From Sphingomonadaceae bacterium (GTDB lineage Bacteria; Pseudomonadota; Alphaproteobacteria; Sphingomonadales; Sphingomonadaceae), in contig JAFAZF010000035.1 in NCBI GenBank assembly GCA_019239915.1, positions 7,337 to 71,336 of the forward strand: DNA of 64,000 bases, read 5' to 3'. The translations under genes were made by a program, and so were the position numbers. A model generated the notes under the pieces. It saw nothing but the letters and a program-made list of their open reading frames with translations. It did not search any database and had not been told where the DNA came from. Each line of letters starts with the position of its first letter. Within the stretch, counting starts at the first letter, position 1. This document shows, one piece after another, positions 1-9,657 of this stretch.

Positions 1-533
1 GCCACATAGATCACGCCGTCCGCGCCCGCCGTTGGGAACTCCATCTTCTCGCCCGCCTTGATGGTCGTCACAACGCTGTTCAAGCGGGTATCGAGAACCG
101 TGATCGTGCCGGGGTCACCCTCGACCACGAAGGCGTGGCCGGTGTCGGGATCAAGGGCGATGCCGTCGGCGTCCGGCGCTGCGGGAATGCGATGCGTGAC
201 CTGCAACGATTTGAGGTCGAATGCTATTACCTGGCCTGCGCCCCCATCGTCGGTCAGTCCTTCTCCTACCGCGGTGGAAATGACGACGCCATGGGTTCCG
301 CCGGGGATGCCTCGCACCTCACCGACAACCGCACCAGAGCGGCCATCGACCACGGTCAGGCGATCACCGTGTGCGACATAGACGCGGCCGCTTGGCTGAT
401 CGAAGGTAAGATAATCCCAGCGGTCCGGCGATCCTAGGGGCACCGACTTGGCGAGCGTGTAGGATGGCTTTGCCGGTGCAGATGCACTGCAAAGAGCAAG
501 GCCGAGCACAAGCGTGAGATGGCGACGGTGCAT
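1..533 (-). CDS. YncE-like beta-propeller repeat protein with signal peptide (C-terminus lies beyond the window start)
   Basis: Absent from the supplied ORF track because the window edge cuts it. Hand translation of the minus strand from ATG (533-531) reads MHRRHLTLVLGLALCSASAPAKPSYTLAKSVPLGSPDRWDYLTFDQPSGRVYVAHGDRLTVVDGRSGAVVGEVRGIPGGTHGVVIS...DADGIALDPDTGHAFVVEGDPGTITVLDTRLN and stays open to position 1. It has a signal peptide and repeated blade-like strands. The + strand ORFs 58..381 and 135..437 are its antisense shadows. Confidence 0.6.
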   Translation of the reverse strand, partial: MHRRHLTLVLGLALCSASAPAKPSYTLAKSVPLGSPDRWDYLTFDQPSGRVYVAHGDRLTVVDGRSGAVVGEVRGIPGGTHGVVISTAVGEGLTDDGGAGQVIAFDLKSLQVTHRIPAAPDADGIALDPDTGHAFVVEGDPGTITVLDTRLNSVVTTIKAGEKMEFPTAGADGVIYV

Positions 534-580
534 AATGAGTCTTCCTTCTGATCGGGCGTCGGCGCCGGTCGGACCAGCGC

Positions 581-2005
581 TCACAGTTGGATTTGGATAG
601 AGCCTCCGGCTACGGGTCGTGTTGCATGAGCATCGGCCGGGGGCTCGGGGAAGCGCAACCGGACCCGAAGCCCCGGCCCGTTGTCCTCGATCAGCAACTC
701 GGCATGGTGAAGGGACGCGATGGCCGAGACAAGCGCGAGCCCAAGCCCCGCGCCCGGCGTATGCCGGCTCTGGTCCAGACGATAGAAGCGGGTGAGGATT
801 TTTTGGCGCTTATCGCTCGGAACGCCTGGCCCATGATCGGCGACGGTGATCAACGGGCGGCGATCGTCCCGAAACAATGAAACGTCTATCGCGCTGCCCT
901 GGGGCGTATGCACCAAAGCGTTGTCGATCAGATTGGTAAGAAGCTGCGCGAGCAGCCCGCCGTCGCCAAGGGCGCATTGGCTGGGCTTTATCCGAACGGT
1001 GAAGGGCCGGCCGGCGTCTTCCATGACGGGCTGATAGGCTTGCGTCACCCGCTCTACCAACTCTGATAGATCGACCGGGTTAAGCTCCTGGCGGCGTTCC
1101 CCGCCCTCGATCAGGCCGATGCGCAATAGCGCGCGAAAGATGACGTGGATTTCCTCGATTTGCGCCAGCGCCGCATCGGTTCCGGTCTCGTAAGCCGCGA
1201 CTGAACCGCTCGCGCGCATCGATTCGAGGCGCTGCTGAAGCCGGGTGAGGGGAGTCCGTAGGTCGTGGGCAATATCCATTGAGACCTGGCGCAACCCCTC
1301 CATAAGGCCAGCGATCCGGTCGAGCATCGCATTCAGGTTGTGCGACAAGCGATCGAACTCGGGGCTCATGCCGATCGTGGGCAGCCGCTCCGAAAGGCTG
1401 CCGGCCATGATGCGCGCGACGGCCGCGTTCACGCGCTCTAAGCGGCGAAGGAACACAAACCCGATGAGGTAGCCGCCGATCAACGCGAGCAGGGTGATTC
1501 CGACGCCAGACCAAACGGTGAAGCTGGCGAGGCGGTGTCGCAGCTTCTGCACGTCGAACGTGTCGGTCGCGACCACCAGAATTGACCCGTCCGCAAGGCG
1601 AGTGCCTAAGGTTTGAAAGATTTCCGGGTCAGCGGGTTCGCCCTGCGGCGCCTTGTCATCAACGAAGGCGACCTTGCTCCATCCGACCTTCCCCGCCCCC
1701 GATGGAAGCTCTCCGGCAAGGCGGTGCCCGCGCGCGTCCATGAGAAGATATTGGAACGGCTGCTCGTAGCGGGATTTCTGGCGCCGGTTGATGGTTTCGA
1801 TCAGCTCGGCCTCGCCGCCTTCCGGCTCATCCTCGGTCAGGATCGAGGTTTCAGATTTGAGCCCCGCAATGGTCGCCTCCGCCGCGTAGGATCGGATCGA
1901 CTGCTCGACGACGCCAAGCAGGACGATCGACCCGAGTGCGAACATCCCCGCGATCAGCAGCGCGAAGCGGAACGCGCCGCTATTGAACGAGCTAAGCCCC
2001 CTCAC
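581..2005 (-). CDS. two-component sensor histidine kinase (TM-HAMP-HisKA-HATPase)
   Basis: 474-aa ORF with hydrophobic N-terminal segments. H-box SMDIAHDLRTPLTRL, N-box LIDNALVHTP, G-boxes DHGPGV and GAGLGLALV. Its start overlaps the regulator stop (ATGA at 2002-2005). Confidence 0.9.
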   Translation of the reverse strand: MRGLSSFNSGAFRFALLIAGMFALGSIVLLGVVEQSIRSYAAEATIAGLKSETSILTEDEPEGGEAELIETINRRQKSRYEQPFQYLLMDARGHRLAGELPSGAGKVGWSKVAFVDDKAPQGEPADPEIFQTLGTRLADGSILVVATDTFDVQKLRHRLASFTVWSGVGITLLALIGGYLIGFVFLRRLERVNAAVARIMAGSLSERLPTIGMSPEFDRLSHNLNAMLDRIAGLMEGLRQVSMDIAHDLRTPLTRLQQRLESMRASGSVAAYETGTDAALAQIEEIHVIFRALLRIGLIEGGERRQELNPVDLSELVERVTQAYQPVMEDAGRPFTVRIKPSQCALGDGGLLAQLLTNLIDNALVHTPQGSAIDVSLFRDDRRPLITVADHGPGVPSDKRQKILTRFYRLDQSRHTPGAGLGLALVSAIASLHHAELLIEDNGPGLRVRLRFPEPPADAHATRPVAGGSIQIQL

Positions 2006-2682
2006 GGCTGGGCGGTTTCGATGCGGTAGCCTGATCCCCTGATGGTGTGGATCAGCTCGCTCGCAAATCCGCGGTCGATCTTGGATCGCAAGCGGCTCAT
2101 GTGACTCTCGATCAGGTTCGTTTGCGGGTCAAAGTGAAAGGACCATACGTTTTCGAGGAGCATGGTCCGGGTCACCACCTCGCCCCTGTGGCGCATCATA
2201 TATTCGAGCAGCTTCATTTCCTGAGCCTGTAGCTCGATGCGCTGCCCTCCCCGGCTGACCGTCCGCTTAAGCAGGTCAAGTTCCAAATCCCCCACGCGCA
2301 ACGTAGTGAGGGAGTCAAGGGAAGGCGGGCGGCGCGCCAGCGCCGCCACGCGCGCCACCAACTCGGTCGCGGCGAACGGCTTTACCAGGTAATCGTCGGC
2401 CCCGCCCTCAAGCCCTTCCACCCGATCCTTTATGCCGTCGACGGCGGTTAACAAGATTGCTGGGGTGGCGATGCCGGCGCCCCGCATCTGCCTCAGCGCC
2501 GAAAGGCCGTCCAGCTCGGGCACCATGCGGTCGAGGATCAGCACCGCGTAATCGTTGGTAGTCGCAAGAAACACGGCCTCCGGCCCGTTTGTGCAAACGT
2601 CGACGACGTGCCCGGCCGCCGTCAGCGTCTTCGCGACGTGGGTCCGCGTGGACTCGTCATCCTCCAGCAGCAACAGCTTCAT
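2002..2682 (-). CDS. OmpR-family response regulator
   Basis: Track ORF 2002..3012 trimmed to the ATG at 2682 (MKLLLLEDDESTR...). The 110 upstream residues are Arg/His-rich junk. REC domain (LILDRMVPELDG, KPF) plus C-terminal winged helix (...LIHTIRGSGYRIE). Confidence 0.9.
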   Translation of the reverse strand: MKLLLLEDDESTRTHVAKTLTAAGHVVDVCTNGPEAVFLATTNDYAVLILDRMVPELDGLSALRQMRGAGIATPAILLTAVDGIKDRVEGLEGGADDYLVKPFAATELVARVAALARRPPSLDSLTTLRVGDLELDLLKRTVSRGGQRIELQAQEMKLLEYMMRHRGEVVTRTMLLENVWSFHFDPQTNLIESHMSRLRSKIDRGFASELIHTIRGSGYRIETAQP

Positions 2683-2838
2683 AGGGCGCGGGCCAACCGC
2701 CTCCTGCCAGGATCGCACATTGCCGCCAACCGATAGGCCTATCGCAAGTTGGGAATTCCCAATGTCCGGTTGAGGGCAAGCGAATGTAAGGGATGTAGCC
2801 GAGGTCTCAGAGGCAATCACGCCTCCGGAGAATAACGG

Positions 2839-3153
2839 ATGGTCAAGTATCCTATGATCGTGGCGGGCGCGGGCCTGGTCGCGGGCGGTGCCCAAGCCGC
2901 GTCGAAGCACGGCCGCATGGCCGGCTCGGAACTGATGCCGATGGCGAAGGTGACGCTCGCGACCGCGCGCGCCACGGCGCTGCACTCCCGGCCGGGCCGG
3001 ATCACCGTTCAAGAGCTGGAGCGCGAAGGCGGCGGCTCGGGTCTGCGCTACTCCTTCGACGTGGCGAGCCGCGGCAAAACCTATGAGGTCGGCGTCGATG
3101 CCAAGACGGGCGCGGTGCTGGAGAACAAGCCCGAAGGCGACAATTCGGACTGA
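2839..3153 (+). CDS. PepSY domain-containing protein
   Basis: 104 aa with a signal-like N-terminus. C-terminal GLRYSFDVASRGKTYEVGVDAKTGAVLE is typical of PepSY domains. Divergent from the two-component pair. Confidence 0.7.
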   Translation: MVKYPMIVAGAGLVAGGAQAASKHGRMAGSELMPMAKVTLATARATALHSRPGRITVQELEREGGGSGLRYSFDVASRGKTYEVGVDAKTGAVLENKPEGDNSD

Positions 3154-3196
3154 GCGACGCTGTGCCAGCCTGCTGCCGGTGCCGGAGTGAGCGGGC

Positions 3197-4579
3197 GTGA
3201 ACGGAGAACCGATGTCGTCATTAGCGCCGCTTCCCTCGGCCGTTCCGTTTCGCGCGTCGCCGGTGCTCGCCCTGGCGGCGCTGGCTGGCTGCGCCCATTA
3301 TGTTCCCCTTCCGTTGGTGCAGACACCCCCTTTGGCGCCAGCAGTGGCAGCGCCTCCAGGCTTCGTACCGGGAGCGCCGCTTGGCATTTCTCAGGTCGCA
3401 GCGCTGGCAGTCGAGAACAATCCCGATCTACGAGGCATTCGCGCCCGGCGCGGCGTCGCGCAAGCGCAGCTCGTCCAAGCTGGTATTCTCCCGAACCCTT
3501 CCCTGTCCGCAGCCATTCTCCCCCTGATCTCGGGGCCGGGAAGCGTCACCGGGTGGAACATCGGCCTGACTCAGGACATCAAGGCGCTCGTCACCTATCG
3601 CGCCAAGCGGCGCGCTGCCGGCTACTCGGCGGGGCAGGTCGACGCCGAAATCCTCTGGCAGGAATGGCAGGTCGCTGGGCAAGCGCGTCAGCTCGCCGCC
3701 GATCTCATTCAAGGCGAGCGGAGCCGCCCGCTACTGGTCGAGACGTTCGACCTGCTATCACGCCGGAATGCGATCCTTCAGCGCGCGCTCGCGGCGGGCA
3801 ATGCGACGTTGGTCACGGCAGCCCCGACGCTGGTTGCCCTGCAAGGCGCGCGAACGAACCTTGAGGCCCTCGATCAGGCGCAGCTCTCGCGACGCCACCA
3901 ACTCAACGCCCTGCTCGGGCTAGAGCCGGATGTGATTCTACCACTCAGGGCGACAATTGACCTGCCGCCCTTCGATCCGGTCGCAATCCGCGCCTCGCTC
4001 GCCACATTGCCGGATCACCGGCCGGACCTCCTCGCCTTGCGCCTCGGCTATGAGGCTCAGGATCAGAATGTCCGAGTGGCGATCCTGTCGCAATTTCCTG
4101 ACCTGATCCTCGGCGGGACCGCTGCTAGCGACAACAGCGCCGTCATCAACGGTGGCCCTTCCGCGACGATCGGTCTGCCGATCTTCGATCGCAATCAGGG
4201 CAACGTCGCCATCGCCAACGCGACGCGCGCGCAACTGCATGAAGAATACTCGGCGCGCTTGGCTGCCGCCGTCGGTCAAGTCGGCGCGACGCTCACGGAA
4301 ATGGATCAGCTCGCGCGCCAGCTCGCCGTGGTTCAGGGCGACTTGCCCGCGGCCCGGCTCGCGGCCGAGCGCGCCGCCTTGGCGTTCGGCGCATCCAATC
4401 TCGACGAACGGAGCTACGTCGATCTGGTCATCAATCGCTACACCAAGGAACAGGAATTCATGACGTTGGAGCTGGCGCTGCTCGATCGGCAGGTCGCCTT
4501 GCAAACGCTGGTCGGCGCGGGGCTCCCTACCGTCGATACCGTGCCGTCCCTCGCCATCGCCAAGGCTTCTGGCCAGTGA
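3197..4579 (+). CDS. efflux outer-membrane factor lipoprotein (NodT/TolC family)
   Basis: 460 aa, lipobox LALAALAGC, two OEP-type repeats. Its stop overlaps the next gene start (4576-4579). Confidence 0.85.
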   Translation: MNGEPMSSLAPLPSAVPFRASPVLALAALAGCAHYVPLPLVQTPPLAPAVAAPPGFVPGAPLGISQVAALAVENNPDLRGIRARRGVAQAQLVQAGILPNPSLSAAILPLISGPGSVTGWNIGLTQDIKALVTYRAKRRAAGYSAGQVDAEILWQEWQVAGQARQLAADLIQGERSRPLLVETFDLLSRRNAILQRALAAGNATLVTAAPTLVALQGARTNLEALDQAQLSRRHQLNALLGLEPDVILPLRATIDLPPFDPVAIRASLATLPDHRPDLLALRLGYEAQDQNVRVAILSQFPDLILGGTAASDNSAVINGGPSATIGLPIFDRNQGNVAIANATRAQLHEEYSARLAAAVGQVGATLTEMDQLARQLAVVQGDLPAARLAAERAALAFGASNLDERSYVDLVINRYTKEQEFMTLELALLDRQVALQTLVGAGLPTVDTVPSLAIAKASGQ

Positions 4580-5607
4580 AGGCGCTCGTGCCCGTCGCGC
4601 TGCTGCTGCTCGCCGGCTGTGGCGGCTCGTCCTCCTCAGGGTCTGATCCCGCGCCAACCCCAAGCGTGCTCGTCGGCCTCGCCAAGGTGACGCGGGGGAG
4701 CACACCGGATTGGGTGACGGCTTATGGCAGCGCCGCCCCGGCGCTCAGCGGCTCCAATACGATCAGCGTGCCGCAAGGGGGACAGGTGACGCGGCTCGAC
4801 GTCACGCCTGGCTCTGCGGTGCGGGCCGGGCAGGTGCTCGCGATGTTCGCGACCGACCCGTCCACGGTCAGCTCCTACCAGCAAGCGGTCACGACGTTGA
4901 CCGTCGCCCAGAAACAGCGCGCCACAACAGCGCAGCTCCTGACGCAACAGCTCGCTACCCGCGATCAGCTTACCCAGGCCGATAAGGCGGTCGCCGATGC
5001 TCGGGCTGCGCTAGCGGCGCTCCGGCAACAGGGCGCGGGGCAACCGACCCGCACGCTCACCGCCCCGTTCGGGGGTGTCGTCACCGCCGTGTCGGTTGCG
5101 CAAGGAGACCGCACGCAGCCCGGCGCGCCGCTGGTGACGGTCGCGCGAGCTGGGAGCATCCTCGCCACGGTCGGCCTCGATCCTACGCTCGCGAACCGCG
5201 TGCGGGTCGGTCAAGAGGCGCGGGTCACGCGACTCAGCGGCGGCCCCTCCATTCCCGGCCGCGTGATCCGCGTCGATGGCGTCCTCAATCCCAAGACGCA
5301 CCTTATCGACGTTGATGTCTCGCTCCCTGCCGGCGCGCTGCTGCCCAACGAAGCGCTACGTGGTGAGATTGCGGTCGGGGTCAGCTCGGGGTGGCTCGTG
5401 CCGCACCGGGCGGTCGTCACCGCTGATGGTCCCGCGCGCGTCTTTCAGGTGGTGAGCGGCCATGCCCACGCCGTGAACGTCAACGTGCTCCTGCCAGGCG
5501 ATCAGGTCGATATGGTTGAAGGGCAGCTCGCGCCAAACCGGCCGCTTATCGTGGACGGCGCATATCAAGTCGATGACGGTGGCGCCGTCCGGTGGGTCGC
5601 CCGCTGA
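4576..5607 (+). CDS. efflux RND periplasmic adaptor (membrane fusion protein)
   Basis: 343 aa, lipobox LLLLAGC, HlyD-like lipoyl/barrel segments (VTRLDVTPGSAVRAGQVLAMF). Sits between the OMF and the RND permease. Confidence 0.85.
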   Translation: MKALVPVALLLLAGCGGSSSSGSDPAPTPSVLVGLAKVTRGSTPDWVTAYGSAAPALSGSNTISVPQGGQVTRLDVTPGSAVRAGQVLAMFATDPSTVSSYQQAVTTLTVAQKQRATTAQLLTQQLATRDQLTQADKAVADARAALAALRQQGAGQPTRTLTAPFGGVVTAVSVAQGDRTQPGAPLVTVARAGSILATVGLDPTLANRVRVGQEARVTRLSGGPSIPGRVIRVDGVLNPKTHLIDVDVSLPAGALLPNEALRGEIAVGVSSGWLVPHRAVVTADGPARVFQVVSGHAHAVNVNVLLPGDQVDMVEGQLAPNRPLIVDGAYQVDDGGAVRWVAR

Positions 5608-8600
5608 TGCTGGAAAGGCTGCTCAGCCGACAGTCTCGCGCCGTCGTCGTGGTCGCGCTTGCGCTGGCCCTCGCCGGCATCATCGCGGCCATGTCGCTGC
5701 CGATCGGGCTGTTCCCTCAAGTGTCGTTCCCGCGCGTGGTGGTCGATCTCGACGCGGGTAGCCGCCCCACCGATCAGACCGCGCTCACCGTCACCCGTCC
5801 TGTCGAACAGGCGTTGCGGGCGGTCCAAGGCGTTCAGGACGTGCGCTCGGAAACGACGCGCGGCTCGGCGCAAATCTCGATCGACTTCGGCTGGGGCCGC
5901 GACATGACGGCCAGCACGCTTCTGGTCGAGGCGGCGATGTCGCGCGCGCTGGGCCAGCTCCCGACCGGCACGACCTACGATGTGCGGCGCATGGATCCCA
6001 CCGTTTTTCCGATCATCTCCTATGCCCTGATCTCCGATCGAACTTCGCCCGTCGCGCTGCAAGACTTCGCGAACTATCAACTCGTCCCCCTGCTGAGCGG
6101 CATTTCCGGGCTCGGGCGGGTCGGGGTGCAGGGGGGCGAAACGGCGGAAGTCGAGGTGCTCGCCGATCCGGTGCGCCTCGCCGCGCACGGGCTCGCGATG
6201 TCGGACCTCTCGATCGCAATCGCGAACGGCAATGTGCTGAGCGCGGTCGGCCGCGTCCAGGATCGCGGCCGCCTATCGCTGGTGATCGCCGATCGCAGCC
6301 TCGTCAGCGCTGCCCAAATCAGCGACGTGGTGGTCAAGGCGGACCCGGCCGGCGTCGTCCGGGTGCGCAATGTCGCGACCGTGCAGCAGGGCGTCGTTCC
6401 GCAATGGCTGCGGGTGCTCGAAGACGGCAAGCCGGCCGTGCTGTTCAACATCTATCAGCAGCCGAACGGCAACGCGGTCCAGGTCGCGCGAGACGTGAAG
6501 GCGAAGCTCGCGGGCGTGAAGCTCCCGCCCGGCACGCGGCTGGTCAACTGGTATGATCAGAGCGAGCTCGTCACGCAATCGGTCGCGAGCGTGCGTGATG
6601 CAGTGCTGATCGGCCTGGTGCTGGCGGCCGGCGTGCTGCTGCTGTTCCTGCGGAGCTGGAGGGTGACGCTGGTCGCGGTGATCGTGGTGCCTGCGACGCT
6701 GGCCGCCACGATGCTCGTGCTCACCATCAACGGCATGAGCTTCAACATCATGACGCTGGGCGGGATCGCGGCCGCGGTCGGCCTGCTCATCGACGACGTG
6801 ATCGTCATGGTCGAGCATATCGCCCGCCGCGCGGGGGAGGAGGGAAAAGGCGAAGCGGCTGTGCTGCCGGCCGCGCGCGAGTTCATGATCCCCCTGACCG
6901 GGTCGAGCCTCGCCACGCTGATCGTGTTCCTGCCGCTCTCCTTCCTGACCGGCGTCACCGGCGCGTTCTCCAAGGCGCTATCGACCACGATGGCGGCGGC
7001 GCTCGCCATCTCCTGGGCGATGACAGCGTTCGTCGTACCCATTCTGGCCCGGCGGCTGATCGACTTCAACCGCTGGCGCGATACGGGCGTTGCGGGCGAA
7101 GGGCGACTGGCTCGGGTTCACGATCGCTTGCTCGACGGGGCACTGGCGCGCCCGTGGCTGCTCGCCGTCGTGGCCGTCCCCGTCCTCTTGGTCGGCTACA
7201 TCGGATACTCGCACGTCCCCACTGGCTTCATGCCCAAGGTGGATGAGGGCGGGTTCGTGATGGACTATTACTCGCGCCCCGGCACCTCGCTTGACGAAAC
7301 GAGCCGCGAAATGGCGCAGGTCGATGCGATGCTGCGCGCCAACTCGGACGTGGCGACCTTCTCGCGGCGGCTGGGCACCGGCCTCGGCGGCGACCTCGGG
7401 CAAAGCTATCACGGTGATTACTTCGTCCGCCTCAAGCCGAACCACTCGCAACTCACTGAAGAAGTCGCCGCCGCCGTAGCGGACCAGGTGACGGCGCGCG
7501 TCCCCGGCGTTCAGGTCGAGGTGGCGCAGCTCATGGAAGACCTGATCGGGGATCTCACCGCCGTGCCGCAACCGATCGAAATCAAGCTGTTCGCGTCTGA
7601 TCCCTCGGTTCTGAATCCGCAGGCGGAAAAAGTCGCGGCGCTGATCGAGAAGATCAACGGCGTGGTCGAGGTGAAAAGCGGCGTCCAGCTCGCGGGTGAC
7701 GCGATCAACGTGCATATCGACCCGATCCGGGCGGGGTTCGAGGGCGTCACGCCGGCGGAGGTGCAAACCGCGCTCGATGCGGCGCTCACCGGCCTCGTCG
7801 CGACCTCGCTTCCGCAACCGACCAAAGCAGTCGATGTGCGGGTCCGGCTTCCCGACATGGCGACGATCACACAGGACGAACTCGCTGGCCTGCCCATCCG
7901 GGCCAGCGACGGCCACGTCTTTGCCCTGGCGCGGGTCGCCGATCTCCAGCCGGTCACGGGCCAACCGCAGATCAGCCGGGAAAATCTGGAACCAATGGTG
8001 GCGGTTACCGGCCGCATCCAAGGGCGCGGCATTGGCGCGGCGGTCGCCGATGTTCAACGCGCGCTCGCCCGTCCGGGCGTGCTTGGCCCCGGCGTGCGTT
8101 ACGAGTTCGGGGGTCTATACCAGCAGCAGCAAATAGCGTTCGCCGGACTCACCAAGGTATTCGTGGCCGCGTTGATCGCTGAGTTCGTGCTGCTTCTCGT
8201 TCTCTACCGGCGGTTCGCGACGCCGCTGATTATCATCGGCTCCTCGCTGCTCTCCACGACCGCTGTGTTCACCGCGCTTTGGCTGACCGGCGTCGATCTC
8301 AACATCACCGCGCTCATGGGCATGACGATGATCCTCGGCATCGGCACCGAACTGGCGATCTTCTACGTCTCCGAATTCGAGGAAATGTCGCATCACGTGC
8401 CGCCTCGCGACGCGGTGCGCGAAGCGAGCCGCAACCGGCTCCGCCCAATCACCATGACGACATTAGCGGCGATCCTCACCCTCTTGCCGCTCGCGCTCGC
8501 GATCGGGCAAGGGTCCGGGATACAGCAACCGCTCGCCATCGCGATCATCGCCGGGTTACTGCTCCAATATCCGTTGGTCCTGGTCGCGATGCCCGTGCTC

Positions 8601-8666
8601 GTGCGGCTGACGCTGCCGCGTGAGAAACCCGGCCCGGCTCCATCGCCTGATCCGGTGCCGGCATGA
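5592..8666 (+). CDS. RND efflux permease (AcrB/AcrD/AcrF superfamily)
   Basis: 1024 aa, size and hydrophobic-block layout typical of RND pumps. TM4-type motif GGIAAAVGLLIDDVIVMVEHI. An alternative start at ATG 5607 overlaps the adaptor stop (TGATG). Confidence 0.9.
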   Translation: MGRPLMLERLLSRQSRAVVVVALALALAGIIAAMSLPIGLFPQVSFPRVVVDLDAGSRPTDQTALTVTRPVEQALRAVQGVQDVRSETTRGSAQISIDFGWGRDMTASTLLVEAAMSRALGQLPTGTTYDVRRMDPTVFPIISYALISDRTSPVALQDFANYQLVPLLSGISGLGRVGVQGGETAEVEVLADPVRLAAHGLAMSDLSIAIANGNVLSAVGRVQDRGRLSLVIADRSLVSAAQISDVVVKADPAGVVRVRNVATVQQGVVPQWLRVLEDGKPAVLFNIYQQPNGNAVQVARDVKAKLAGVKLPPGTRLVNWYDQSELVTQSVASVRDAVLIGLVLAAGVLLLFLRSWRVTLVAVIVVPATLAATMLVLTINGMSFNIMTLGGIAAAVGLLIDDVIVMVEHIARRAGEEGKGEAAVLPAAREFMIPLTGSSLATLIVFLPLSFLTGVTGAFSKALSTTMAAALAISWAMTAFVVPILARRLIDFNRWRDTGVAGEGRLARVHDRLLDGALARPWLLAVVAVPVLLVGYIGYSHVPTGFMPKVDEGGFVMDYYSRPGTSLDETSREMAQVDAMLRANSDVATFSRRLGTGLGGDLGQSYHGDYFVRLKPNHSQLTEEVAAAVADQVTARVPGVQVEVAQLMEDLIGDLTAVPQPIEIKLFASDPSVLNPQAEKVAALIEKINGVVEVKSGVQLAGDAINVHIDPIRAGFEGVTPAEVQTALDAALTGLVATSLPQPTKAVDVRVRLPDMATITQDELAGLPIRASDGHVFALARVADLQPVTGQPQISRENLEPMVAVTGRIQGRGIGAAVADVQRALARPGVLGPGVRYEFGGLYQQQQIAFAGLTKVFVAALIAEFVLLLVLYRRFATPLIIIGSSLLSTTAVFTALWLTGVDLNITALMGMTMILGIGTELAIFYVSEFEEMSHHVPPRDAVREASRNRLRPITMTTLAAILTLLPLALAIGQGSGIQQPLAIAIIAGLLLQYPLVLVAMPVLVRLTLPREKPGPAPSPDPVPA

Positions 8667-9594
8667 TGCGGCCGAGTAACGATGGCGTCGGCCGTGAACC
8701 GATGCCGCGCCAGCGCTTGCGACGCGCCGGGCTGGCGACGGCAATGCTAGCCGCCGCCCTGGTCGGCGCAAGCGGGGCCATAGGTCAGCGAACCTACTAT
8801 GGCGATCAGCAAGGCTCCCGCTTCATCAGTTTTGACCTGCTCCAGATTGCCGTGGCCCAGAAAAGAATGAACGCCGCGGAGCGGCGCGCGAGCATGGTGG
8901 CGCTGATCCGTCGCAACGCCCGCCGCGCCGCTCCCGCGCTGGATGATGCTTATTTCGAGGCCGCCTGTCGGCGATCGGCCGCATCCCGCGCGAGAAGTTC
9001 GTCCCGCGTGAGGCGCGCCAGGCCGCCTACTTCCCGATCCCGCTGAACATCGGACACGATCAAACCATCTCGGATGCCTACATCGTCGCGGTGATTACGG
9101 CGCAGCTCAAGCTGCCGCCCAACGCCGACGTGCTCGATATAGGAACCGGTTCGGGCTATCAGGCGGCGGTCCTGTCGCCGCTTGCGGGCCAGGTCTCCTC
9201 GATCGAAATCGTCGAACCGCTCGCCCTCGAAGCGGCAAAGCGGCTGCGCCATTTGGGCTATCGCAACATCGACGTTCGCGCCGGCGACGGGTTCGCCGGC
9301 TGGCCCGAGCGCGCGCCCTTCGACGGTATCGTGGTCGCTGCGGGCGCTGCCTCGATCCCGCAACCGCTGCTCGATCAGCTCAAGCCCGGTGGGCGGCTCG
9401 TCATGCCGATCGGCCCAACAAGCCCTCAGGAGCAGCTTCTGGTCATCACCAAGGAAGCGGACGGAAGCCTTACCCGCTGCACGCTCGGATTGACGCAGTT
9501 CGTCCCGTTCACCGGCCGGGGGAAGCGCCCTCCGAACCTGCCCGATCCCACCGGCAGAACGGTCCCCGGCTGCTTTGAGGTCGATGTGACATGA
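8663..9594 (+). pseudogene. pcm: secreted protein-L-isoaspartate O-methyltransferase-like gene, split by a 1-nt frameshift near 8963-8965
   Basis: Frame of ORF 8663..9046 gives a signal peptide (RRAGLATAMLAAALVGASGAIG) and ...MVALIRRNARRAAPALDDAYFEAA. The next frame continues LSAIGRIPREKFVPREARQAAYFPIPLNIGHDQTISDAYIVAVITAQL into ORF 9091..9594 (DIGTGSGYQAAVL SAM motif). Joined, they form a normal Pcm, but neither part alone is complete. ATG 8663 overlaps the RND stop (ATGA). Confidence 0.7.
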
Positions 9595-9657
9595 TGGCGC
9601 GGCCCGCGCTTGGTCAGGATGGGGGCGTGTTTCCTACCCTCGACGGAGGAGGATTAT

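Noticed and set aside
2683-3012. 110-codon N-terminal extension of the response-regulator ORF
   Set aside because: The extension is Arg/His-rich with no REC similarity. MKLLLLEDD at 2682 is the canonical REC start.
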